DNA of 64,000 bases. It comes from Planctomycetaceae bacterium. Lineage in GTDB: Bacteria; Planctomycetota; Planctomycetia; Planctomycetales; Planctomycetaceae. The translations under genes and the position numbers were made by a program. The stretch is from assembly GCA_041398905.1 (NCBI GenBank), contig JAWKTV010000001.1, forward strand, positions 582,621 through 646,620, written 5' to 3'. Each line of letters starts with the position of its first letter. Position 1 is the first letter of the stretch. Positions 29,174 through 38,550 of the stretch are shown piece by piece. The notes under the pieces were generated by a model that was given only the letters and a program-made list of their open reading frames with translations, was not told the origin of the DNA and did not search any database.

Positions 29174-30100
29174 TCACTGCTGCGTCCCCTGCGTCAGCAG
29201 CATGAACGCCGTTTCGAGATTCACCTCCTCCTCGCGAAACAGCTTCAGCGTGTACCCGTTTTCGAACAGCAAGGGCGCGAGAAAGCTGTAGTCCTCGACA
29301 CCGCTGCGCAGCTTGACGTGCAGGATGTCCCCCACAATGTCAATGCTCTCGACCGTGTCGTGCTGCTCGATCAACCGGGCGGCGGCTTCCGGGTTGCTGG
29401 TCACGCCGACGTACAGCAGGATCGCCTCGCGTGCCTTCTTCATCACCTCGGCAACATGCCCGTCGACGATCATGTTGCCGCGTTCGATCATGCCGACGCG
29501 GGTACAAACGTCGGCCAGCTCCGGCAGGATGTGGCTGGAAACGATAACCGTCTTGTTCATCTCGCCCAGCCGCTTGAGCAGGTTCCGCATCTCGATGCGG
29601 GCGCGCGGGTCCAGCCCTGAGGCCGGCTCGTCCAGCAGCAGCACCTGCGGGTCGTGCAGGAGTGTGCGGGCCAGTCCCACCCGCTGCGTCTGCCCGCGCG
29701 AGAGCTGGTTGACCATCGCGTCCCGCTTGAAGCTCATGTCGACGAGTTCCAGCTTCTCCTCGCACACCTTGCGGCGGGCCGAACGATCGATGCGGTACGT
29801 CGCCGCGAAGAACTCGAGGTACTCCAGCACGGTCATGTCGTCGTACACCCCGAAGAAGTCGGGCATGTAACCGACCGCCCGGCGAATCTCTTGCGGTTGC
29901 TTGTAGATGGACATGCCGCAGACGTAGCACTCGCCGTAGTCGGGGTTCAACAGCGTCGCGATCATCCGCATGGTCGTGGTTTTTCCGGAACCGTTCGGAC
30001 CGATGAATCCGAACACGTCCCCTTCGGCCAGCGACAGATTGATCTCGTTGGCGGCGATCAGGTCGCCGTAGCGCTTCGTCAGTTTGCGAGTCTCGATCAC
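29174..30100 (-). CDS. ABC transporter ATP-binding protein (ABC-2/DUF4162-type C-terminus)
   Basis: GTG start. Walker A GPNGSGKTT, Q-loop, signature LSRGQTQR, Walker B LLLDEPASGLD and H-loop SSHIL are all present. The C-terminal extra domain is about 90 aa. Confidence 0.92.
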   Translation of the reverse strand: MIETRKLTKRYGDLIAANEINLSLAEGDVFGFIGPNGSGKTTTMRMIATLLNPDYGECYVCGMSIYKQPQEIRRAVGYMPDFFGVYDDMTVLEYLEFFAATYRIDRSARRKVCEEKLELVDMSFKRDAMVNQLSRGQTQRVGLARTLLHDPQVLLLDEPASGLDPRARIEMRNLLKRLGEMNKTVIVSSHILPELADVCTRVGMIERGNMIVDGHVAEVMKKAREAILLYVGVTSNPEAAARLIEQHDTVESIDIVGDILHVKLRSGVEDYSFLAPLLFENGYTLKLFREEEVNLETAFMLLTQGTQQ

Positions 30101-30210
30101 AGTGGCGTCTCTGGGAATCGACCAGCGATGAATCGGTCGATGGGAACGAATCGGAAGAATGAAACGAATCGGAAGATCAAGCGGACCGGATGTCAGGCGT
30201 CGCGATGACT

Positions 30211-32580
30211 TTACTCATCGTGACCAGGATCAATGACCGTATCGAAATGCCGAGTCTCGCGCTCGACGGGCATCACGAGGCGGACGTAAGACCAGCGCCG
30301 CGTCGGCTCGACCGCCGTGCCATCGATCGTCAGCTTGCTCAGCGGATGTTCAATTCGGCCAAACACCACCATCCGGTCGAGCCGCAGCAGCGGAGTCAGG
30401 TCGAGCCGCGTGAGCGTCTCGTTGGCGAGTCGGGTGAACTCGGTGCCGCCCGCGGCGCTGAAGAAGCTGAGCACGCGGACCATGCGGTCCGGATCGCGGC
30501 TGAGCGGGTCGTAGGCGTCACTGCTGATATACACGTCGGACCCGACCTTTCGCCGCTCTTCTCGGGTGATCTCTCCCTGCAGATACGACTTCAGCAGGTT
30601 GCGTGCCCCGTGCTTCTGCAAGTCGCAAGTCACCCCGGGCGGGAGTGATTGGAACTCCGTCGCAGAGGGCCGCGGAAACCGCGCCTGAACATCCAGCACG
30701 GCGAACCAGTCCTGCAGCGCCGACGGCAACTGGTGCGTCAACTTCAGCTCACGCAGGTTGCCATGCGTGTCGTAAACGGCCGTGGCCTGTGCGAGTGGGC
30801 GTTCATCCGTGGTCGAGTAGTTGGCGGAGGCATCCACCTCAATTGCCGTCGTCGACCACTGGTCAATCGGCAGCCCTTGGGCGCTCGCCGATTCCGCTCC
30901 AGCATCCAACTCGTAGCCGACGCCGCCCAACTGAAGTCCACCACGGCGATACATCCCGCGAAACCCCTCTTCCGGCCGGGGCAGCCAGCCCGGCAGCGTC
31001 GTCGCCGCCGCGGACTCAGCCGGGAGCCCCAGCACCGACGGCACGAACTCCGCCGAGTACCGCCGGGTCGTCGGGCTGTATAGCGAGTGCCAACCGCGGT
31101 GCCGAATCGTCCCGGTGTCAACCGCGATGTCCACCAGTTCCAGCGTGTTGCTTTGCGTTGTGGTGACCGAGTCACTGGCGACGGAGGTTCCCGCCCACCA
31201 GCTTGCCAGCAGCACCCAAACCGGCAGCGTGATCCACGTCAGTTGCGGCTTCTTCAGCACGCGATGCACCAGCAGGTAATCGAGCGGCCCGATAATGAGC
31301 AGGTAGGCGGCCATCAGGCCGATGACATTCCACATGGACGGGCGACTGATCTGCGGGTAGTGGTCCAGGATCGCCGCCAACTGCGACTGGAGATCGTTCA
31401 CTCCGGTCGGCGAGAGCTGCAGCCGCGACGCTCCCCGCGTCCCGCCGCTGACGCCCACCGCCGCACCGGCGAGGTCCTGACACAACCGTGGCAGCCCGTC
31501 CCAGTACCGCGCCCGGGGCGAGCCTTGGTCCGCCCCGCTGGTCGCCGCGGCGTTCGACGTTTCGCTGGCGAATGTGAAGTAAGGTGCTGCATCAAGCGGC
31601 ACCGCGATCAGCACGACGGTCCCCAGGCCGTACGGGGCTTCCGCGATCACCGGCGCGGTTGGGCCGGCGATCACAACACGCCCATCGTCGACCACCAGCC
31701 GGGACAGCGTTGGCTCGTCCAACGTGATGATCCTCGCGCTGTTGGGAACGAGGGCGGCCACTTCGCCATTGAGCGCGGAAATCTGCCGTTCGCGATAGGT
31801 TCCCTGAACACGGATCGGCGACCAGTTGGCAAAGCGGCTCGTGCTCCAATCCGCCGCGTGCCCGCCAACCTGGACGATCAACCGGCCGCCATTTGCCACC
31901 CAGCGGCGAATCGCCTCATCCTGTGTCTCTGACAGCGTGACCGGGTCGGCAATGATGACCGAAACCGCATCGAACGCGGCGGCGGTGTCGGGCAGTTCCT
32001 CCGGAGGGACCGGCACGGTGACCACGCTCGGCTCGGCACCCGCGCGATCGTCCGCGGCATTCAACTGCTTCGCAGCCAGCTCGAACCCGGGTTGCGCTCC
32101 GATCCGCAGCCACAGCCGCGACGAGTGTCGGTAGGTCCGTAAGCCGGACTCGGCTGGATCGTCGCCGGTGAAGACCGGTATCGTTTCAACGAGATGCTGT
32201 GGACCACCATCGGTCTCCGCCGCACTGGCGATCCGCACCCGCAGCGGAGCAGCCAGCCGCCCCGACTGAAACAGTCCCGCGAATCGCTGGTCACCCTGAG
32301 ACTTAAGCGGGAACTCCACCACCCGACCGTCCGGATCGGTTGCTTCGAGGGTGACTCGCTCCGCGTCGAAACTCAGCCCGCTGGTGTTGACGGTGACGGG
32401 CGTCCATCGACCGACGTGCATCGTGTTACCCAGACCGATCCGCACCTCGATCGGATGATCCGTCGCTTCATCGCCCGCGATCGCCGTGGCCGCACTCCCA
32501 CACCAAGTCAGCCCCCACAGCGCGGCCCACAGCGGGACAAACTTCCAATTCGGAGCTTTTCGCGAGGACACGTGCATCAT
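30211..32580 (-). CDS. 789-aa exported membrane protein, GldG/ABC-auxiliary-like middle region (tentative)
   Basis: The N-terminal signal is ...FVPLWAALWGLTWCGSAATAIA. DAVSVIIADPVTLSETQDEAIRRWVANGGRLIVQVGG resembles the GldG/DUF4350-type segment. Two or three TM helices sit mid-protein (MWNVIGLMAAYLLIIGPLDYLLV, LTWITLPVWVLLASWWAG). A C-terminal domain of about 290 aa follows. The gene lies 110 bp upstream of the ABC ATPase on the same strand. Confidence 0.8.
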   Translation of the reverse strand: MMHVSSRKAPNWKFVPLWAALWGLTWCGSAATAIAGDEATDHPIEVRIGLGNTMHVGRWTPVTVNTSGLSFDAERVTLEATDPDGRVVEFPLKSQGDQRFAGLFQSGRLAAPLRVRIASAAETDGGPQHLVETIPVFTGDDPAESGLRTYRHSSRLWLRIGAQPGFELAAKQLNAADDRAGAEPSVVTVPVPPEELPDTAAAFDAVSVIIADPVTLSETQDEAIRRWVANGGRLIVQVGGHAADWSTSRFANWSPIRVQGTYRERQISALNGEVAALVPNSARIITLDEPTLSRLVVDDGRVVIAGPTAPVIAEAPYGLGTVVLIAVPLDAAPYFTFASETSNAAATSGADQGSPRARYWDGLPRLCQDLAGAAVGVSGGTRGASRLQLSPTGVNDLQSQLAAILDHYPQISRPSMWNVIGLMAAYLLIIGPLDYLLVHRVLKKPQLTWITLPVWVLLASWWAGTSVASDSVTTTQSNTLELVDIAVDTGTIRHRGWHSLYSPTTRRYSAEFVPSVLGLPAESAAATTLPGWLPRPEEGFRGMYRRGGLQLGGVGYELDAGAESASAQGLPIDQWSTTAIEVDASANYSTTDERPLAQATAVYDTHGNLRELKLTHQLPSALQDWFAVLDVQARFPRPSATEFQSLPPGVTCDLQKHGARNLLKSYLQGEITREERRKVGSDVYISSDAYDPLSRDPDRMVRVLSFFSAAGGTEFTRLANETLTRLDLTPLLRLDRMVVFGRIEHPLSKLTIDGTAVEPTRRWSYVRLVMPVERETRHFDTVIDPGHDE

Positions 32581-32919
32581 CGGGGGAAACTTGATTCGGG
32601 ATCGACTGGCATGAAACTCAGGATGAATCCGTCAGGGGCGGAGCGTCCTGCCGGGACAGGCTGAGGGACGATCTGCGAATGAAGTGGATAAAGTAGCAGG
32701 TTCGCCGGCGCGAGGGGAGCCGCCCGCCGGCTTCGCGGCGAGTCGCCGCGTGAGAAAAGCGATATACTACGTCCCAACGATCGGCCACATGGATGGCGAA
32801 CGTGCGAGGCTCGAAGCCGGTTGTGAGGGCGGTCTCGGAACCGAATGACCGTTCCGAGTCACCCCAGCTTCACCGCCGTGAGACTCGGTGCCGGCCCAGT
32901 ACCAGGCAGGGAACTTAAC

Positions 32920-34605
32920 ATGGATTTCACGATGAGATTGCTTCGCCAGATCCCGCGCGATGTCGGGAAGCCAGTCCTGATTGCGATGTGCCTGGTCCTG
33001 TCGGCAGCGGCGATGCTGTCGGCCGACGATGACCGAACGGTGCGGGTATTCATCTTCGCAGGTCAGTCGAACATGGTCGGGTCGGATTCGAAGGTGCGGG
33101 ACATCCAGCGATTCCCGCCATTCGCCGGGCTGGAAGCGAAGCAGCCGGAGGTGCGGTTCTGGTACTGCCTGGGCCGAGAAGACAAGTCGGTTTCGGACGG
33201 CTGGGTGGACTTGCAACCGGTTGACGACGTGGTGGGGCCAGAACTGAGCTTCGCCCGCAAAGTGACCCAGCACGTCGATGCTCCGATCGCCATCATCAAG
33301 ATCGCCGCCGGGGGCACCCATCTGGGTGGTGACTGGAACCCCGATGATCCGAGTGGCTTCAAAATGTATCCCCTGGCGCTGCGGACCGTGCGCGACGCAC
33401 TGGCGGACCTCGACCAACAAGGAGTCGCGTATCGAGTCGAAGGGTTCATGTGGCATCAGGGCGAGAACGACATGTTCGAGCCGGACTTCATGCAGAATTA
33501 TGGTCGCAACCTGAAGAACTTTCTGGCCAGTTGGCGACGCGACCTCGAGACTCCCGAGTTGCGGTTCTACATCGGAGAACTCTGCACCAAGACGATCTGG
33601 GGCATGGACCTGCGTCCCCTCATGTACGCGATCAGCCTCGGCCAGAAGGAGGTCGCCGACAACGACTCACTTGCGGAGTACGTGCCGACGTCGCATGTCG
33701 GTGTCGAGATCGGAGGCGGAGCGGGCCTGCACTATCACTACGGCACGCTGGGACAACTCGAGCACGGCGTCAATTACGCGGATGCGTACCTCCGCAACAT
33801 CGGCAAGTTGAAGTCGCAGTCCCGTTCACTCCAGGATTGGCCGTATCCGCAGGGTTCCACGGTCAAGCTGTTCGTGCTCGCCGGGCACCGCAACATGGAA
33901 GGCGAACGGGCGTTTGTGCAGGAACTGGCGAAACTGGAGAGCGGTCCAGCGCTGCTGCATGCCGACCCGACCGTCGCGTTCAAATACAGCATCGGCGGCG
34001 GCTACCGCGTGTCGGACGGCTGGGAACCGCTCGGCCCGGCCGGTTTCTACGACACCTTCGGCCCCGAGTTGAGCTTCTCGGCAGTGCTGGAGAAAGGCGG
34101 CGTCGCCAATTTCGCGATCGCCAAATTCACACACAGCGGATCTCAGATCATCGACTGGACGCCCGCAGGCAGCGAGGCGAAGTCGCGCAACCTCTATCCA
34201 GCGTTCATCGACTTCGTGCAACAAGCGATCAAGGAACTGGAGGCCAAAGGTCACCGGGTCGAGCTGGCCGGGGTCTTCTATCACCTCGGTGAAAACGACA
34301 TGTCGTGGGGGCCTTTCCGGCAAGGCGCGCCGGCGCGTTTGATATCGCTGGTGACTCAGAGTCGTGAGGACTTGGGGCTGCCGACGCTCAAATGGTTTGT
34401 CAGTCAGCAACCACCCACGGACGACCCGTCCGTTCGCGAAATTGATGTGACCGCGGAACTGGAGCGAGCCGTTGCTGCCGACGAACACCTGATTCACATC
34501 AAGGTCTTCGACCTGCCGGAGCAGGAAAAGCAGTTGGTCATTGACACGCGGGGAATCGTCTGGCTGGGTGAGGCCATCGCACAGGAGTACCTGGAGCGGC
34601 AGTGA
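32920..34605 (+). CDS. tandem SASA/DUF303 (sialate O-acetylesterase-like, SGNH) protein
   Basis: AGGGA lies 7 nt before the ATG at 32920, followed by a signal peptide. Domain 1 has VFIFAGQSNMVG and WHQGENDM. Domain 2 has LFVLAGHRNMEG (Gln-Ser replaced by His-Arg) and YHLGENDM. Confidence 0.85.
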   Translation: MDFTMRLLRQIPRDVGKPVLIAMCLVLSAAAMLSADDDRTVRVFIFAGQSNMVGSDSKVRDIQRFPPFAGLEAKQPEVRFWYCLGREDKSVSDGWVDLQPVDDVVGPELSFARKVTQHVDAPIAIIKIAAGGTHLGGDWNPDDPSGFKMYPLALRTVRDALADLDQQGVAYRVEGFMWHQGENDMFEPDFMQNYGRNLKNFLASWRRDLETPELRFYIGELCTKTIWGMDLRPLMYAISLGQKEVADNDSLAEYVPTSHVGVEIGGGAGLHYHYGTLGQLEHGVNYADAYLRNIGKLKSQSRSLQDWPYPQGSTVKLFVLAGHRNMEGERAFVQELAKLESGPALLHADPTVAFKYSIGGGYRVSDGWEPLGPAGFYDTFGPELSFSAVLEKGGVANFAIAKFTHSGSQIIDWTPAGSEAKSRNLYPAFIDFVQQAIKELEAKGHRVELAGVFYHLGENDMSWGPFRQGAPARLISLVTQSREDLGLPTLKWFVSQQPPTDDPSVREIDVTAELERAVAADEHLIHIKVFDLPEQEKQLVIDTRGIVWLGEAIAQEYLERQ

Positions 34606-34819
34606 CTCACACAGGGGACCATCGTCACGAAACCTCGTGCAGCAGGCTGCTTTCAGTGGCGCAGCAGGTATGCCCACGGCGTTCATCAACCGTACCGACG
34701 TGACGACTTCTTGATCCTGAATTTGTCGTCGCGCGCGGCGGGGGTGCTGACTCGCCTAATGTCCGAGTCGTGGCTGCAGCCGGCGCGACTCCCGCCGCTC
34801 AGCGCGAGCGTCACGGTGG

Positions 34820-37585
34820 TTACCTCCAGCCGATCACTCGGAAGATGCCCTCGCGTTTGGCGATCATTTCCGGCAGTTGCAGCAGACGCTCGCGGTAGAT
34901 GCTCAACACCACACCGGCGATGAACAGGACCGCGCCACCCGCCAACAGGTAAACGCCAATCGCAACCTGCGGTCGATAGGCGAGCGAGCCGATCAGGATC
35001 AGCAGGTACGTCACCAGGGCCGAGCCGCCGATCAATGTCGTCGCCTTGACTTGCCAGCTACAGCCCGTGGCGACCATCAGAATGGTGACGGTCAGGAGCG
35101 CGATTTCGTCGGCAAGCGACGGGCCGTCGCCGGCGAATCGATGGTACAGCATGGCGATGAACAAGGCCCCGGCCGCGAGCAGCGAACCCAACCACAGCCC
35201 CAATGCCGCCGACTCGCCGATGCTCAGGTCTTCACGGAACAATCCAACGTAGCCCGCCACCAGCAGCAGCACCCCGGCGACCACGCAGAAGATCTCCAGC
35301 TTCTGCCATCCGCTCAGGTCGACGAGCAGGTTGAGCGTGAGGAAGGTCACCGCCCCCAGGGCAACGGTCGCGGTGACATACCAGCGTCGCCACGAAACCT
35401 GCGGCGAGAGTAGCACACCCAGTCCGCCCGCCGACGCGCACAGAATCAGCACCAGCAGGTCGAGCCATTCGCGTTGCCCCGCCAGCCGGCCCAGCCCCTG
35501 CAGGAACGCGACGACGAGCGCCAGCGACAGCACCGCGTGTCCACATAATAGCACCGTCGCACCCGGGCCACGCATCACGGTTTGAGGCTCACCTGCGCTG
35601 TCATAGCGGGCGACATGTTCCAGCCCCAGAAATCGCGCGGCCGCCAGTCCCGCGACTCCCAATCCCGCGAACACCAGCGGGTAGTAGGTCGTGGGCACGC
35701 CGAAATAGCCGGCGAACTGCCACATCGCACCGCACCCCGCCAGCGTCGCCAGGAAGGCATTCCAGTCACGACGCCGGAACATCCCCGCCAGCAGATAGAA
35801 GACGGTTGCTTCCAGGAACGTCAGCCCCAGGAGCAGATTCTCGGTCTGACCTTCGATCGCCCGGAAAAACGCGGTCGAGTCCTGCTCGAGTGCCGCGACG
35901 AACGTGCCGCCGAGAATCACCGCCGTCGCCACGTGTGCCACGTGGGCCAGTGGGGTTTCCGGACTGTGCCCTCGCCACAATCGCGAGGCGATGATGTACC
36001 CGATCGGCACGAGCATCAGCAGGGGTGCCTGCTGGTCCCAACTCGTCCACCCCAGTTGACGCAGCAGCCCCGCCGACGCGATCAGCAGTGCCGATGCACT
36101 CAGGAAAAAGTAGCTCTCCGAGACGAACGGCTGGGTCTTTCGACACAGCCATGCCGACAGCCGGGTCGTCAACGCCAGCAGCACCATCACGCCCACGAAC
36201 TGCCAGCCGGTCGCCAATCCCACGCCCACCGCCTGCAAAACCGCGCTGGTCGACCGCAGGTGGACGCCAAGCCCGATCAGCGTCGGCAGGAACGCCAGTG
36301 CCAGGCTGATCGTTCCCAGATGCTTCGAGAGCCGTGTATCCGCCTCGGTGACCAAGCTGCGTGAGAGATGCAATGCCAGCGACGTGAGTGCCAGCACCGC
36401 GATCAACCCCTCCGCATCGACATGCGGCAGCACCAGCGTGAGTTCCGCCATCAGTAGCGACACCGCCGCCGCGTAGGTGTAGTAGCCAACCCGCCGCACC
36501 ACCAGGTCCGAGTACAGATATAGATAGGCCGCCGCGAGCCAAAGCCCGCCCGCCAGCAGATCATTCTCAGTCAGTCGATTGCCCGACCAGTCGAGTCCGA
36601 CCGCGTCATTCACCCAGCCGAAGAGTTGCGAGCCGATCAACGTGATGACCGCCGCCGCGAGTTGCACATGCCCCGACCAGAACAACGGCAGACCGTATCG
36701 ACTGCGGCTGAACTCCCCGTCCGGCGCGAACGCCCGCTCGGCGTGAATCGACATTGCGGCCAGGATCGTCAGCACCAATGCGAGATGCCCCGCGTCGGTC
36801 ACCACCCCGATCTGCCCCAGGATCAGCAGGGCCGTCAGCGTAATGCCGGCCTCCACCGCGTACATGAAGAGTGGATCCTTCAGCACGTACACGGTCGCCG
36901 CATAGGCCAGCACGCAGATCAGCCCGCCAACCCACAGGTTCCCTTCGACCGTGACGAGATTTTGCGCGTCGTAGAACCAGAGATTGAGTGGCAGCACCAC
37001 GCAACCGAGAAACGTCAGCGCCTGCCCAGCCACTTTGAAACGAGTTTTGAGGGCCGTCCACCATCCGGCTCCCATCAGCGACACGCTGCCGATCCCCATC
37101 GCGATCGCGACGATCCGTGGATCGTCAAAGATCCGCAAGCTGACCAGCCAGACGATCAGCCCGAGCACCGCCAAGCCGCCACCGATTGTCAGCAGCCAGT
37201 GAATCGCCCTCGGGTCGAGCAGCGCCTCGAACATCCGTGTGAGCACCGGTTTCACAGGTTCGGCGGTTGCGGCCGCCGGCTTACCCCGCGGGGGATCGAT
37301 GAAATCGACGATATCGATCGCGCCAGCCATATACTCGCGTGCACGGGATCCCAGTGGTTCCGACTCCCCGCCCACGAGCGGCCCCGCCTGTTCCGCCTCC
37401 CCACTTTGACCGGGTAGTGGCGGCGGGCTGGCCGTCTCGCGCACCGGTTCACCAAGGTCGAGGCTGTCTCCCACCTCGGGGATCGTCAACTGCCTCCCGC
37501 AGGTCGGGCATTCCGCCCGCGTCCCGGCGTATTCATCCTTCGCACGAAGTTTCCGACCACAGGGACAAGTGAGACTAATCGCCAT
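34820..37585 (-). CDS. 921-aa polytopic membrane protein with N-terminal zinc ribbon
   Basis: The ATG at 37585 gives MAISLTCPCGRKLRAKDEYAGTRAECPTCGRQLTIPE (CxC...CxxC). A linker of about 100 aa follows, then roughly 20-24 hydrophobic helices to the C-terminus. I do not recognise a family. Confidence 0.85.
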   Translation of the reverse strand: MAISLTCPCGRKLRAKDEYAGTRAECPTCGRQLTIPEVGDSLDLGEPVRETASPPPLPGQSGEAEQAGPLVGGESEPLGSRAREYMAGAIDIVDFIDPPRGKPAAATAEPVKPVLTRMFEALLDPRAIHWLLTIGGGLAVLGLIVWLVSLRIFDDPRIVAIAMGIGSVSLMGAGWWTALKTRFKVAGQALTFLGCVVLPLNLWFYDAQNLVTVEGNLWVGGLICVLAYAATVYVLKDPLFMYAVEAGITLTALLILGQIGVVTDAGHLALVLTILAAMSIHAERAFAPDGEFSRSRYGLPLFWSGHVQLAAAVITLIGSQLFGWVNDAVGLDWSGNRLTENDLLAGGLWLAAAYLYLYSDLVVRRVGYYTYAAAVSLLMAELTLVLPHVDAEGLIAVLALTSLALHLSRSLVTEADTRLSKHLGTISLALAFLPTLIGLGVHLRSTSAVLQAVGVGLATGWQFVGVMVLLALTTRLSAWLCRKTQPFVSESYFFLSASALLIASAGLLRQLGWTSWDQQAPLLMLVPIGYIIASRLWRGHSPETPLAHVAHVATAVILGGTFVAALEQDSTAFFRAIEGQTENLLLGLTFLEATVFYLLAGMFRRRDWNAFLATLAGCGAMWQFAGYFGVPTTYYPLVFAGLGVAGLAAARFLGLEHVARYDSAGEPQTVMRGPGATVLLCGHAVLSLALVVAFLQGLGRLAGQREWLDLLVLILCASAGGLGVLLSPQVSWRRWYVTATVALGAVTFLTLNLLVDLSGWQKLEIFCVVAGVLLLVAGYVGLFREDLSIGESAALGLWLGSLLAAGALFIAMLYHRFAGDGPSLADEIALLTVTILMVATGCSWQVKATTLIGGSALVTYLLILIGSLAYRPQVAIGVYLLAGGAVLFIAGVVLSIYRERLLQLPEMIAKREGIFRVIGWR

Positions 37586-37823
37586 CGTGGACGTCCCGGA
37601 AGAGAAGGACGCTCGGCCGAAATGCGGTCGAGCGGAGAATTTGCTGCGTCCGCAGCGCGGTATCAGGCTGCGTAGGGGGCGAACTCCTCGCGAGAATAGC
37701 ACGCGCGGAGTTCAGCCGGTCACCAAGAATTCGCGTTCCTGCAAGAGCCAACCACCATCGGCATCGGCACGACCGCCAGCGCCGTTCCAGGCCGCACAGA
37801 CCTAACGAGGCGCGCGGCGACTT

Positions 37824-38447
37824 TCATTCGCTCGCCAACGTCCCCCCCAGCACTTCGCGCAATCGCCGAATCGCCCGCAGGTAACGCATGCCTGCGGCCG
37901 CCGGAGTTACTCCCAACGCCGTCGCGACTTCGCCATTTCCCAGATGCTCAGCGTGCCGCATCAGGATGACTTCGCGATCCACTTCGTCGAGCTGATCGAT
38001 CGCGTCCCAGAACTTGTGTTCCAGTTCCTCTTTAATGGCCGCCGCCGCTGGCGTCAGGCCGGCATCCTGCAACTGGCCGGCGAGATTGATCGACGAGCGA
38101 TCGAACCCGCCAGCCGCCTGGATCGGCTGCTCGCGGCTGACGTCGCGCCGCTGCGCCCGGTTTCGACGATGCAGATCGATCATCCGATCCTTCGCCAGCG
38201 ACCGGAGCCAGAGATGAAAGGGCATGGGCGGCGCTGCCAGATAGTCTCCCAGCCGTCGACTCGCTTCCAGCATGACATCCTGCACGACGTCACTGGCGTC
38301 GACCCGCTGGACCATCTTCCGGTCCATCCGCATGGCCACCAGCTTCCGCACCGCTTCCCGGTGTCGGTCCAGCAACGAGTTAATCGCCGCATCTTCGCCC
38401 CGCGCGCACCGGCGAGCAGATTTTCCGTCCGTTCGCCGGTAGGCCAC
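37824..38447 (-). CDS. ECF-type RNA polymerase sigma-70 family factor
   Basis: GTG start. Region 2 is DASDVVQDVMLEASRRL...FHLWLRSLAKDRMIDLHRR. Region 4 is a helix-turn-helix, EVILMRHAEHLGNGEVATALGVTPAAAGMRYLRAIRRL. Confidence 0.88.
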   Translation of the reverse strand: MAYRRTDGKSARRCARGEDAAINSLLDRHREAVRKLVAMRMDRKMVQRVDASDVVQDVMLEASRRLGDYLAAPPMPFHLWLRSLAKDRMIDLHRRNRAQRRDVSREQPIQAAGGFDRSSINLAGQLQDAGLTPAAAAIKEELEHKFWDAIDQLDEVDREVILMRHAEHLGNGEVATALGVTPAAAGMRYLRAIRRLREVLGGTLASE

Positions 38448-38511
38448 ATTCGGTCACCTCGGGAGCAGCCGCCGGCTGCACCGGCGCATGGAACGTTCGG
38501 CGGTCAAAGCC

Positions 38512-38541
38512 GCACGCGGCTGCGTTCGCGAAGCCGCGTGC
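38512..38541 (-). terminator. terminator-like hairpin 9 nt after the ThuA stop
   Basis: The minus-sense RNA reads GCACGCGGCU-(10 nt)-AGCCGCGUGC followed by GGCUUUG. The stem is a perfect 10 bp and the U-tract is short. Confidence 0.5.
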
Positions 38542-38550
38542 GAACATCAC

